The position numbers and the translations under genes are program-made. From a virus (taxonomy: Duplodnaviria > Caudoviricetes), in the IMG/VR virus record IMGVR_UViG_3300012943_000686, positions 1 to 43,271 of that record: a stretch of 43,271 nt of DNA; one strand, given 5' to 3'. A model generated the notes under the pieces. It was given only the letters and a program-made list of their open reading frames with translations. It searched no databases and had not been told where the DNA came from. The stretch's first letter is position 1; every line of letters starts with the position of its first letter. Shown here piece after piece: positions 16,415 through 25,803 of this stretch.

Positions 16415-17704
16415 TTGTCGATCATTCTACCAAACGGCTGGAAGCCTCGCGGCTACCAAAAGCCTATGTGGGACTATCTTGAGAGCGGAGGCCGCAACGC
16501 TGTTGGCGTGTGGCACCGGCGGTCAGGGAAAGACAGCCTTGCGCTGAATTTCACGGCCACCGCCTCCCACGAGCGCAAAGGCGTCTACTGGCACATGCTG
16601 CCGGAGGCGGAACAGGCGCGCAAAGCCGTTTGGAACGGTATCGACCGCGAAGGCCGGCGCATCATTCATCAGATGTACCCGCCGGAGCTGGTCAAGGCGG
16701 CCGACAAGCAGACGATGACGATCGAGCTGAAGTGCGGCTCCGTCTGGCAGCTCGTCGGATCAGACAACTACAACAGCCTCGTCGGCGCGAACCCGGTCGG
16801 CATCGTCTATTCCGAATATTCCATTGCCAACCCCGCGGCGCGCGATTTTCTGCGGCCAATTCTGAAAGAGAACGGCGGCTGGCAAATCTTCATCTACACG
16901 CCTCGCGGTAAGAACCACGGCTACGACCTCTATCAGATGGCGAAGAATAACCCGAAGTGGTTCGCCCAATTGTTGACGGTCGAAGATACGGGCGTGCTGA
17001 CGCCTCAAGACATCCAGGAAGAACGTGAAGCCGGGATGGATGAGGACATGATTAAACAGGAGTATTATTGCTCCTTCGATGCAGCGATGCGTGGCGCCTA
17101 TTACGGCGACCTCTTCGAAGCGATCGAGAAAGAAAAGCGCCTTGGCCACGTCCCCTATAATCCGGCCGCGCCCGTCGAAACGTGGTGGGACTTGGGCATC
17201 GGTGACGCCACCGCGATCTGGTTTATCCAACGCATCAACAACGAATGGCACGCGATTGATTACCATGAAGCGTCTGGTCAGGGCCTTGAGTATTACGCTC
17301 GCACTATTTTCAACAAGCCCTATGCGTACTCGCGGCATGTGGGTCCGTTTGACCTTACCAACCGGGAACTTGGTACAGGCAAGACCCGCCTAGAGATGCT
17401 CGCAGCGCTCGGCCTCAAGATGGAGGTCGCGCCAAAGCTAAAACCCGACGACGGCATTCAGGCCGTGCGCCAGGTTCTCCCGCTTTTCTTTTTCGACAAC
17501 GTCAAATGCGAACAAGGCGTGAAGGCTCTCAGCCAATATCGCCGCGCGTGGGACGACAACCACAAGATGTTCAAAGACCACCCACTGCACGACTGGACTA
17601 GCCACGCGGCCGACGCATTCCGTTACGGCGTCGTCTCTGACGGCCGGCGTGTTGCGACTGGCTTCAACCGCCAACTCGCATATCGAAAGTTCGCTTCCGC
17701 GTGA
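16415..17704 (+). CDS. terL: Terminase large subunit (probable TTG start 16415)
   Basis: PRGYQ, HRRSGKD Walker A, IVYSEY Walker B, YTPRG, WDLG nuclease, SHAADAFRY. Confidence 0.95.
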   Translation: MSIILPNGWKPRGYQKPMWDYLESGGRNAVGVWHRRSGKDSLALNFTATASHERKGVYWHMLPEAEQARKAVWNGIDREGRRIIHQMYPPELVKAADKQTMTIELKCGSVWQLVGSDNYNSLVGANPVGIVYSEYSIANPAARDFLRPILKENGGWQIFIYTPRGKNHGYDLYQMAKNNPKWFAQLLTVEDTGVLTPQDIQEEREAGMDEDMIKQEYYCSFDAAMRGAYYGDLFEAIEKEKRLGHVPYNPAAPVETWWDLGIGDATAIWFIQRINNEWHAIDYHEASGQGLEYYARTIFNKPYAYSRHVGPFDLTNRELGTGKTRLEMLAALGLKMEVAPKLKPDDGIQAVRQVLPLFFFDNVKCEQGVKALSQYRRAWDDNHKMFKDHPLHDWTSHAADAFRYGVVSDGRRVATGFNRQLAYRKFASA

Positions 17705-19869
17705 AACCAATCAACCGTGCACTCGACGACGGCAAGATCAAGGCGATCCTTGAAGCCGAGCGCATGGCGGCGCTGGGTGCGGGCTCATCGAGCGATTTGT
17801 CCGCGCAACGCATTAAAGCCCTCGACTACTACATGGGGGATATGTCCGAGACGATGCCGGCCGAAGATGGCTTGAGCAAAGCGGTCTCGACAGACGTTCA
17901 GGACACGGTCGAGGGTATCCTGCCAATCATTCTCGATGTGTTCATCAGCAACGACGATGTCGTCACGTTCAATCCGCACGGCCCGAACGACGAAGCCGCC
18001 GCCGAGCAAGAGACCGATTACGTCAACCACGTCTTCTACCAGAAGAACAACGGGTTTTTGACCCTCTATAATGCCATCAAGGACGGCCTTCTCTCGAAGA
18101 ATGGCTTCGTTAAATGGTGGATGGAGCCGGAAGAAAGCCGCACGCGCGAGCGGTACGAAGGTCTCGACGAGGATTCCTACGCGGCCCTGATGGCCGACGA
18201 TGACGTGAAGGTCATCGACACGGAACAGTATTCGTACGCCGATCCCGTAACGCAGCAGCCGGGCACTTGCTACAACGCCGTCGCCGAGCGCGTGAGTACC
18301 AAGATGCGCCCGCGCATCGCCGCGGTCCCGCCCGAGGAAATCCTCATCAGCAAGTCGGCGCACAATCTGCCGAATGCGCCCTACATGGCGCACATCCAAC
18401 CGAAGGCGCAGGCCGACCTTATCGCCCTCTTCCCGGAATACGAGGAAGAGATCAGGAATGCGCCAGCATCCTCGACCGCGCTCGACAACCAGGAAGCCAA
18501 CAACCGTCAGTCCGTTCAAGATCATGACGGCATCGACGCGCCCGCCGCCGAGGTCAACAAGGACATGCGCCTGATCGAGGTCGCCGAGCACTACATTCGG
18601 CTCCCGCTCGAAAAAGACAAGGTCGCGCGCCGCTACAAGATCACGACAATTGGCACAAAGCACACGATTCTCGACGTTGAGGAAGTGACTGCGTGGCCGT
18701 TCGCCACCGCGACGCCCATCATAATGCCCCATCGCGTCATCGGCCGGTCGGTCGCTGATCTGACGATGGATATTCAGGAGATCAAAACCTCCCTCCTGCG
18801 CGCCACGCTGAACAATGCCTATTACGCCAACAACCAGCGCCTCGAAGTCTCTGAGACGCACGCGTCAGAAAACACTCTCGACGATATTCTCAATAATCGC
18901 GTCGGCGGCATCATCCGCACGAAAATGCCCGGTGGCCTCAACCCCGTGCCGACACAGTCGATCGGCAATTGGGTCGCTCCGATTATTGAGTACATGGATG
19001 GGGTCCGCGAGACCCGGACTGGGGTTTCGAAGTCCAACCAAGGACTCGACGCGGACGCCCTCGCACACAGCCGCACCGGCGCTGTAACGCGCCTGATGGA
19101 CGCGGCCGAAATGCGGATCAAGCTGATCGCACGCATCATAGCTGAAACGCTGATCGTGGATATGTTCCGCGGCCTTCATCAGATGCTTCAAGAATATTCT
19201 GAAGAATCCGAAGTCGTGAAACTGCGCGGGGGCTGGACGCCGGTTGCTCCCCGCGAGTGGGCCAAGCGCGACCACATGACGGTATCGTTGCCCCTCGGTG
19301 GCGCCTCGAAGCAGATGCTCATGGGCTTTTTCGAAAAGCTGCTGCAAGGCCAGCAACAGGTTATCCAGTTCCAAGGTGGCGCCGATGGGCCGCTCGTCAC
19401 CATGGAAAATATCTACAACACGTTCAAGCAGACCGTGAAGTTGGCGGGGCTTAAAAGCGTCGATCCGTTCTTCACGAAGCCTCCGCCGCCGAACCCGAAC
19501 GCACCGAAGCCACCCAATCCTGAGATGGTGAAGGCGCAGGCGCAGGCGCAGGCCACGCAGCAGAAGACCCAAGCGCAGTCACAGGCGGCACAGGCCAAGG
19601 CGCAGTCCGACCAGCAGAACGATGCCGCCAGGCTCCACGCCGATCTACAGGCCGAAGAGGTCAAAGCGCAGTTCGCTCGTCAGCGCGAGCAGGACGAGTT
19701 CCAGCACAAAGCTGCGCTCGACCAGATGAAATTCGATCACGATACGCAGATGGGCCGGATGAAAGCCGAAAACGAAATGGCGATCGCGCAGTTCAAAGCG
19801 CGCAATGAAGCCGCGCTCAACGCCCAACAGGCCGAACTTCAGGCCAAACAGGGCGTCGGCACGATATGA
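17701..19869 (+). CDS. Portal protein (P22-like, long coiled-coil C-terminus)
   Basis: 722 aa after TerL; ALDYY.G, VSTDV.DTVE, TGVS..NQG; Q/A-rich helical tail. Confidence 0.9.
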   Translation: MKPINRALDDGKIKAILEAERMAALGAGSSSDLSAQRIKALDYYMGDMSETMPAEDGLSKAVSTDVQDTVEGILPIILDVFISNDDVVTFNPHGPNDEAAAEQETDYVNHVFYQKNNGFLTLYNAIKDGLLSKNGFVKWWMEPEESRTRERYEGLDEDSYAALMADDDVKVIDTEQYSYADPVTQQPGTCYNAVAERVSTKMRPRIAAVPPEEILISKSAHNLPNAPYMAHIQPKAQADLIALFPEYEEEIRNAPASSTALDNQEANNRQSVQDHDGIDAPAAEVNKDMRLIEVAEHYIRLPLEKDKVARRYKITTIGTKHTILDVEEVTAWPFATATPIIMPHRVIGRSVADLTMDIQEIKTSLLRATLNNAYYANNQRLEVSETHASENTLDDILNNRVGGIIRTKMPGGLNPVPTQSIGNWVAPIIEYMDGVRETRTGVSKSNQGLDADALAHSRTGAVTRLMDAAEMRIKLIARIIAETLIVDMFRGLHQMLQEYSEESEVVKLRGGWTPVAPREWAKRDHMTVSLPLGGASKQMLMGFFEKLLQGQQQVIQFQGGADGPLVTMENIYNTFKQTVKLAGLKSVDPFFTKPPPPNPNAPKPPNPEMVKAQAQAQATQQKTQAQSQAAQAKAQSDQQNDAARLHADLQAEEVKAQFARQREQDEFQHKAALDQMKFDHDTQMGRMKAENEMAIAQFKARNEAALNAQQAELQAKQGVGTI

Positions 19870-20165
19870 CCGTCGATGAAGGCAAACTTATCGAGCAACA
19901 GAACCTCGGCGCGACCGCCACAGCGGAGCTGAGCACAATGGGCAAGGCGTTCGAGGAAGTTCGCGCCGAGTTCGTCAATATGTGGATGGCCTCCGGCCCG
20001 CGCGATCAGGACGCTCGCGAGAAAGCCTGGCTCGCCACGACCATTCTTACCCGCGTCGAAAATCTGATGCGCGGCTACGCTTCCAACGGTCGTGTCGCCA
20101 AACAGCAACTCGACGAAATCCGCAAAGCGGGACAGCCGAAGAAACGCTTCGGCATTCTGCCCTAA
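19866..20165 (+). CDS. Conserved small protein between portal and scaffold
   Basis: ATGA overlap; D..ARE.AW motif. Confidence 0.75.
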   Translation: MTVDEGKLIEQQNLGATATAELSTMGKAFEEVRAEFVNMWMASGPRDQDAREKAWLATTILTRVENLMRGYASNGRVAKQQLDEIRKAGQPKKRFGILP

Positions 20166-20179
20166 CCTAAAGAGGACTT

Positions 20180-21217
20180 ATGCCTGATGACAGCCCGCTC
20201 TCGTTAGAGAGCGCCGCCGGCCTGCTTATCGAAAAACCCGAAGAGACGAAATCTCAGACGGCGGATGAAGCACTCTCCGGCGATGGATCGGCCAACGAAA
20301 CGGCCGGCGACGCAGCCGCGGCCGCCGAGAGTCCAGAGAACACAGACGCTTCCGCCGACGAAAGTTCGGCCAGCGAAGCGGATACAGATACCCTGTCCGA
20401 CGCGGGGGAAACAGAGGGCGACGACGGAGACCAGGGGGATGCACTCCCTTCCATCGAAGCGCCGACCTCGTGGAAGGCCGAAGAAAAAACCGTTTGGGAC
20501 TCCTTGCCTCGCAAAGCGCAGGAAGCAATTCAGCGCCGCGAACAGGACCGAACAAACGAACTTCGTAACCTTCAGAACAGCACGGCCGAGCAACGTAAAG
20601 CGGCCGACGCTGAAGTCACACGGTTGAAGGGACTCGCAACGCAGATCGACAGTTTGGTCAACACCCAAGCAGCCGACATCGCAGCGCAATTTCCTGAACT
20701 CCGTTCTGAAGCTGACCTTCACAATCTGGCCGCGAGTGATCCGGCACGGTTTGCTCAGTTTCAAGCCAAGTTGATGACACTCAACGCGGCAGCCGGCGCA
20801 CAAGAGAGGGCGAGAGCCGAACTCGACGCGACGGCGCAGAAGACACAGCAAGAGACTTTCACCAAAGCGGCAGTCGGTTTCGTTGAAACCTTCCCGCATT
20901 GGAAAAACCCGGAGGTTGCCCGGCGGGAGTCGAGAGAGCTGCAAGACTACGCGATCACACTTGGGGCGCCCGAAGAGGCGGTTCGGTCTTCCATTGATCC
21001 GTTCGTTTATAAGCTGGCGCATAAAGCCATGCTCTACGACCGCGCGCAGGCGAAGAAATCTGCTGCGATCGTGAAAGACCCTCCGCGCGTCATCAAACCG
21101 GGAAGTGGCGACGCCAACCCGAAGAAGACCGCGCAGGCAGACGTCCGCCAAAAACGCCTCGGCAAGCTCGATCAGACCGGCGACATCGAAGACGCCATCG
21201 GCCTGCTGCGGATGTAG
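20180..21217 (+). CDS. Capsid scaffolding protein
   Basis: Acidic N-terminus, coiled coil, KAMLYD and TG.IEDA C-terminus; precedes capsid. Confidence 0.8.
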   Translation: MPDDSPLSLESAAGLLIEKPEETKSQTADEALSGDGSANETAGDAAAAAESPENTDASADESSASEADTDTLSDAGETEGDDGDQGDALPSIEAPTSWKAEEKTVWDSLPRKAQEAIQRREQDRTNELRNLQNSTAEQRKAADAEVTRLKGLATQIDSLVNTQAADIAAQFPELRSEADLHNLAASDPARFAQFQAKLMTLNAAAGAQERARAELDATAQKTQQETFTKAAVGFVETFPHWKNPEVARRESRELQDYAITLGAPEEAVRSSIDPFVYKLAHKAMLYDRAQAKKSAAIVKDPPRVIKPGSGDANPKKTAQADVRQKRLGKLDQTGDIEDAIGLLRM

Positions 21218-21243
21218 CAACAATCCATCAGGAGTGCATCGAA

Positions 21244-22215
21244 ATGCCCGTAACTGGGACTTATACTGCTGTCAACGCGGTCGGTATCCGCGAAGACTTG
21301 AGCGACGTGATCTCGCGGATCGACCCGACCGAGACCCCGTTCTTCTCTGCGATCGGCAAATCCAAGGCCAGCGCGAAATACCATGAATGGCAGATTCAGA
21401 ACCTCGCCGCAGCCGCGACCGTGGGTTCGAACGCCGCTCTCGACGGTGCCGATGCCGCGACCGCATCGGCCACACCGACAACTCGCGTCGGTAACCGCAC
21501 GCAGATCATGACCAAGACCGCCAAGGTCTCGGGTGGTTTGCAGGCGGTGGATACGGCCGGGCGCGCCAACGAAATGGAATACCAAGTCCTTCTGAAGGGT
21601 CTGGAACTCCGGCGCGACATGGAAGTGCAGCTCGTGCAGAACGGCGCGTCGCGCGCCGACAACGGCACGAATACCGGCTTGAGCGCGAGCTTCGAGTCGT
21701 GGCTGGTGACGAACGTCTCCCGCGGCACGGGTTCGCCCGTGGGTGCGAGCGGCGGGTTCTCCGCTGGCGCGGTGGCTGCACCGACTGACGCTGGCACCGC
21801 GCGCGCGTTTACCGAAACCCTTCTCAAGGGTGTATTGGCAAGCGTGTTCTCCGCTGGCGGGAAACCGTCAATCATCATGCTGGACCCGATCCAGAAACAA
21901 ACCTTCAGTTCCTTCGCGGGCCTGGCGCAAACGCGCGTCACGCAGGATGCGAAGAAGAACCAGGTTTCAATCATCGGCGCGGCCGACATCTATGTTTCGG
22001 ACTTTGGCCAATTGGCCGCCGTCCCGAACATTTTTCAGCGCCACAAGTCGGCGCTGATTGTCAGCCCGAAATTCGCCAAGGTGGCCTACCTGCGCTCCAT
22101 GCGTAATTGGGCGCTGGCGAAGACCGGTGATGCGGATGCTCGCCAGTTGTTGGTCGAGTTTACGCTTGAAATGAACAACGAGGCCGCGCACGGCATCGTT
22201 GCTGACCTGACCTAA
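21244..22215 (+). CDS. Major capsid protein (SU10/DUF5309-like)
   Basis: REDLSDVI..I.PTETPF, HEW, N.TQI, ELRRDME, LAKTGD, E.TLE..NE.AHG. Confidence 0.9.
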   Translation: MPVTGTYTAVNAVGIREDLSDVISRIDPTETPFFSAIGKSKASAKYHEWQIQNLAAAATVGSNAALDGADAATASATPTTRVGNRTQIMTKTAKVSGGLQAVDTAGRANEMEYQVLLKGLELRRDMEVQLVQNGASRADNGTNTGLSASFESWLVTNVSRGTGSPVGASGGFSAGAVAAPTDAGTARAFTETLLKGVLASVFSAGGKPSIIMLDPIQKQTFSSFAGLAQTRVTQDAKKNQVSIIGAADIYVSDFGQLAAVPNIFQRHKSALIVSPKFAKVAYLRSMRNWALAKTGDADARQLLVEFTLEMNNEAAHGIVADLT

Positions 22216-22227
22216 CGGTCGGTTTTT

Positions 22228-22260
22228 AGGGGGCGCGCTTTGCGTGCCCCCTTCCTTTTT
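22228..22260 (+). terminator. Intrinsic terminator after capsid gene
   Basis: AGGGGGCGCGC-TTT-GCGTGCCCCCT followed by TCCTTTTT. Confidence 0.8.
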
Positions 22261-22274
22261 CCCCTGAGGTTCTG

Positions 22275-22619
22275 ATGACCTGGCGCCCCCTCTCACAGCG
22301 AGCCGGCAGTGACACGCGCGTTAAATTCGACAGCGACGGCCGCATTATTATCAAGACGCAGCAGGAATGCGCGCCGATCCTCGACCAGAATCATGCGTTC
22401 CGCAACGATGGCACCAAAGGCGACACGCTCGGCGGCCAGTTTCGGCGCGTTGCCTCGATCCCGAACACGATCATCGCGGAATGGCTGAAAGAAGGCATCG
22501 ACGTGTGGTCCGGCGAATGCCAGGACGCCGTCGCCCGAAAACTGAATGACCCCGATAATTTTTATCTGCGGACCTCAAAAGGTCGCTTAGGGCACGTCGG
22601 CAATGGCAACTATATCTGA
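22275..22619 (+). CDS. Conserved virion-module protein
   Basis: VASIP....EW...G and LNDPDN..LRT motifs. Confidence 0.75.
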   Translation: MTWRPLSQRAGSDTRVKFDSDGRIIIKTQQECAPILDQNHAFRNDGTKGDTLGGQFRRVASIPNTIIAEWLKEGIDVWSGECQDAVARKLNDPDNFYLRTSKGRLGHVGNGNYI

Positions 22620-23262
22620 TTTCGCGACGCTGAAGGCCGCCGTAGCCGAATGGCTCTGGCGCACCGGCGATAGCGCGCTCGTGGCGCGTGCCGACACGTT
22701 CGTCCAATTGTTCGAGGCAGAGTTTGTCGGTGATCCCGAAAACCGCTTTACGGACATGGAAGAGATCGACGCCGCCCTGATTACTGGCGCCGCCATGCCG
22801 CTCCCCGATGGGTATCTCGAAATGCGCGCGTTGAAGGTTCTGGGCGCCGCGATCGGCGTTGCAGATCAGCCGCTCGACTACATCACGCCCGCCCGCGCTG
22901 CCATCCTCGATGCGTCACAGCTATCGACCAGTCAGGCCAAGAATTACACGATCCGCGCCAATCAGATATTTCTCACGCCGCAGAGCATGGCGCCGCTCGG
23001 TGCGTCGCTCGAACTCAGCTACTACAAATTCACCGGCCTCTCAGACGACGCGCCAACCAACTGGCTGATGTCTGGTTACCCCAACATCTACCTTTACGGC
23101 GCGCTCGAACAGGCCGCGATCTACATCGACGATAAGTCGTCTGCGGCGGCATATCTCAGCAAGCGCATGATGGCGCAGACCAAACTCCCTGTTGCTGACC
23201 GCAAGCGCAAGGTCGGCGCAGGCCCCCTCAAACTCACTCCCTCGACAGGTTTCCGAACATGA
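22603..23262 (+). CDS. Head-tail adaptor / tail tubular A-like protein
   Basis: LKAAVAEWL.R, F..L.E, LPDGYL, NWL...P..YLYGAL. Confidence 0.75.
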   Translation: MATISDFATLKAAVAEWLWRTGDSALVARADTFVQLFEAEFVGDPENRFTDMEEIDAALITGAAMPLPDGYLEMRALKVLGAAIGVADQPLDYITPARAAILDASQLSTSQAKNYTIRANQIFLTPQSMAPLGASLELSYYKFTGLSDDAPTNWLMSGYPNIYLYGALEQAAIYIDDKSSAAAYLSKRMMAQTKLPVADRKRKVGAGPLKLTPSTGFRT

Positions 23263-23411
23263 TCGCAGAGACGAAGGGCGCAGCCGTGCTCTACGGCCGA
23301 ATCACGCGCGCCAACGGCAAGCGCGAGCGCAAGCGAATGCTCGCCTACTACCACCCCAACCCTGTCCGGCGTCTGATCGTTCACGCGCTGATGAAGCTAG
23401 GAGTCTTTTGA
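23259..23411 (+). CDS. Small basic protein (50 aa), absent from ORF track
   Basis: ATGA overlap upstream, TGATG overlap downstream. Confidence 0.6.
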   Translation: MIAETKGAAVLYGRITRANGKRERKRMLAYYHPNPVRRLIVHALMKLGVF

Positions 23412-23779
23412 TGGCCCTCCCAATTACAAATTCGGGTCTGGCGCTGATCGCGGGCCGTATCCTTGGCACAGCGTCCGAACCAAAATATCTTGGCTGGGGA
23501 ACGGGCACGACTGCCGCGGCGCTCGCCAACACGGCGCTCCAAACCGCTTCCGCCGAATCGCGCGTTGCAGGCACGACCTCGCAGGTCACGGTCAATGTGA
23601 CGAACGACTGCTATCAGGCGGTTGGTACGCTCACGTCAGCGTCCGCGCAAACGATTTCCGAACTCGGCCAGTTCGATGCCTCCACGTCGGGCAACATGCT
23701 CTCGCACTTCGTCTTTACCGGCGTTCCGCTCGGTATCGGTGACAGCATCCAGTTCACGACACAGCACTACGGCGTCTAA
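23411..23779 (+). CDS. Virion structural protein
   Basis: ITNSG, GWGTGT, TAL..., I.E.G.F.AST.GNML motifs typical of fibre-associated proteins; AGGAG SD. Confidence 0.7.
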   Translation: MALPITNSGLALIAGRILGTASEPKYLGWGTGTTAAALANTALQTASAESRVAGTTSQVTVNVTNDCYQAVGTLTSASAQTISELGQFDASTSGNMLSHFVFTGVPLGIGDSIQFTTQHYGV

Positions 23780-23782
23780 TAT

Positions 23783-24649
23783 ATGGCGCTGCGATTTGCT
23801 GACCGGACAAAAGAGACCTCGACCGCTCAAAGCTCATCTACGATAACACTGTCGGGCACAGCTCCGACAGGGTTTCAGAGCTTCAATTCCGGGGTCGGTG
23901 ACGGCAACAGCGGCCTGTACGTCGTCACTGACGGTACAAACTGGGAGGTGAATTGCGGGGTCTACACTCATTCCGCAAAGACGCTGGCCCGTCCCTCCGC
24001 CCCAATCGCGTCGTCGAATTCGGGCGCGCAGGTGTCGTCTTTCACCGGCACAGTTTCCGTTTTCCTCGCAGACTCAGCGGCGCACGTTACTGCCATGGAC
24101 TGGGGCATCGCCTCCGGGCGTCTCTACAGTAATGCTTTTATTGAGGGGCGCTCGCTTGGCACTAACGGCGCAGGGCTCAACCAATTGCATTTCTCGCCTG
24201 TCTGGATTCGCGAGCCGTTCAATACCGTCAAATTGCACTTCAACGTGGCGACAGTCTCAGCCAACGCAGGAGCCGTAGCATCGCTAGGGCTGTATGCGAA
24301 TGATGCGGGCCCTAGCGTTTTACTCGGCTCGCAAACCGGCTTGGATGTGGGCTCTGTAGGCGGGGTGACGGGAGATAATGCAACCTCGCCCATTTCGATG
24401 CCGCGCACGCAAATGCCTGGACTTTATTGGGTAGGTTATTTGTCGTCCGTTGCCGCTGCTACTCTTGGCGCGGTGTCATCAGGCACCACACCGGCAAGCA
24501 AGACGGTGTTTGGTATCACTAGCACAACGGATACGGGTTCTGTCTCTGGCTTTCTTCTCACCTCGCAATTCTCGTTGCCGAACCCTGCGACTGGATACAG
24601 CGCTGAAGCAAATACAACCCCTTTCGTTGGTGTTGAGGTTTCGCTCTGA
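23783..24649 (+). CDS. Fibre / receptor-binding-like protein
   Basis: ADR.KET N-terminus, NWEV..G.Y motif, S/T/G-rich beta C-terminus. Confidence 0.65.
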   Translation: MALRFADRTKETSTAQSSSTITLSGTAPTGFQSFNSGVGDGNSGLYVVTDGTNWEVNCGVYTHSAKTLARPSAPIASSNSGAQVSSFTGTVSVFLADSAAHVTAMDWGIASGRLYSNAFIEGRSLGTNGAGLNQLHFSPVWIREPFNTVKLHFNVATVSANAGAVASLGLYANDAGPSVLLGSQTGLDVGSVGGVTGDNATSPISMPRTQMPGLYWVGYLSSVAAATLGAVSSGTTPASKTVFGITSTTDTGSVSGFLLTSQFSLPNPATGYSAEANTTPFVGVEVSL

Positions 24650-25089
24650 TGGGCAACAAAGTCACCACGCACCTGCCTGAAGGCGGCACAGAAGTCGTTG
24701 ACACGCGCGATCTCGAAGAGGCGCGGGTCGAGGCTATTGTCCGGCTGGGCTTCAAGTTTGCCGACCTCGTTTCGCAAGGTCGCAACTACGCTGGTGCGAA
24801 CTATCAGATAGACGATGCATCACGCGCGAATGTTTCCGGCGCATCGGCCATGGCCCTTGCCGTTCAGGCGTCGGATGGCAGTTGGCCAGATGGGTTTGCC
24901 TGGATCGCCAGCGATAACAGCCGCACGCCGTTGTCCGCCTCTCAAATGATCACCTTCGGTCTGGACATTGGCGCCTACTACACGGCGCTAATCGTGAACA
25001 ACCGGGCACTCAAAGACCAAATCGCGCTGCTTGAAAGCAACGAAGCGTGTGACGCCTTCGACATGACCGAGGGCTGGCCCACCAACTAG
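24649..25089 (+). CDS. Tail fibre chaperone-like protein (DUF4376-like)
   Basis: YQIDDASR.N, W...DN...L..., C-terminal GW. Confidence 0.65.
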   Translation: MGNKVTTHLPEGGTEVVDTRDLEEARVEAIVRLGFKFADLVSQGRNYAGANYQIDDASRANVSGASAMALAVQASDGSWPDGFAWIASDNSRTPLSASQMITFGLDIGAYYTALIVNNRALKDQIALLESNEACDAFDMTEGWPTN

Positions 25090-25101
25090 CGAGGCGAGAC
25101 C

Positions 25102-25803
25102 ATGAGCCTCGGCTTTGGCGCGATTTCCGAGTTTGCGATTTCAGAAGGGCCGCCCGTTGGTTCTGGCGGCGGCACGACAACGCCGATGACCCTTACGGCA
25201 TCCTTCACAGGCAATGCGGCCACCATCCGCCAGGCGCGAAAGACCCTCGGCGCATCCTTTACGGCGAGTGCCATCCGCATCCGCAAGATCAACAAGACCA
25301 TGCGTGGGTCGTTCTCAATTGCGGGCGCGCTCGCCAAATCGAAAGTGCGCCTCATCCTGCTCGCAGGCAGTTTCACCGCTACGGCGGGTCTGAAGCGACA
25401 GGTTCGGAAGAGGTTTGTTGGGGCGTTCGCCGCCAATGCGGCAGTTCACAGGCGCCTCTCGAAAAAGCTCACCGCCAGTTTCACCGCCACAGCCACGCGG
25501 GCGGTTCGCCTCTCGAAGAGGCTGTCAGCCTCATTCACCGCGCATGGCGGCCTCACCAAGTCGAAGGTGCGGCTCATGCTTCTCGCGGCGTCCTTCACGG
25601 CGAGCGCCACCTCTGGCCGCCTGCTTGGCAAACTCCTGGTCGCGCAATTCGCTGCCTTGGGGACGATGTCGAAGGTCGCCGCGATCGGCAACATCTGGAT
25701 CGAGCGCGCGAAAGGCACGGCCGATTGGGTCGCGACAGCCACCGGCGACGCCGTCTGGACGGTCGTTGAAAAAGCAACCGCTATTTGGAACCGAGAATAT
25801 TGA
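25102..25803 (+). CDS. Basic repeat protein of virion module
   Basis: LGFGAISEFAISE N-terminus; about 9 repeats of L.ASFTA spaced 18-20 aa. Confidence 0.7.
   Translation: MSLGFGAISEFAISEGPPVGSGGGTTTPMTLTASFTGNAATIRQARKTLGASFTASAIRIRKINKTMRGSFSIAGALAKSKVRLILLAGSFTATAGLKRQVRKRFVGAFAANAAVHRRLSKKLTASFTATATRAVRLSKRLSASFTAHGGLTKSKVRLMLLAASFTASATSGRLLGKLLVAQFAALGTMSKVAAIGNIWIERAKGTADWVATATGDAVWTVVEKATAIWNREY

Noticed and set aside
17785-21223. Long antisense ORFs (17785-18861, 18865-19572, 20204-21223; also 7477-8457)
   Set aside because: Shadows of GC3-biased sense genes; no SD or recognisable motifs
21929-22322. Extra operator copies (AACGCGCGTC near 21930, CACGCGCGTT near 22313)
   Set aside because: Only the 8-bp core matches, inside coding sequence, no promoter; plausible by chance in GC-rich DNA
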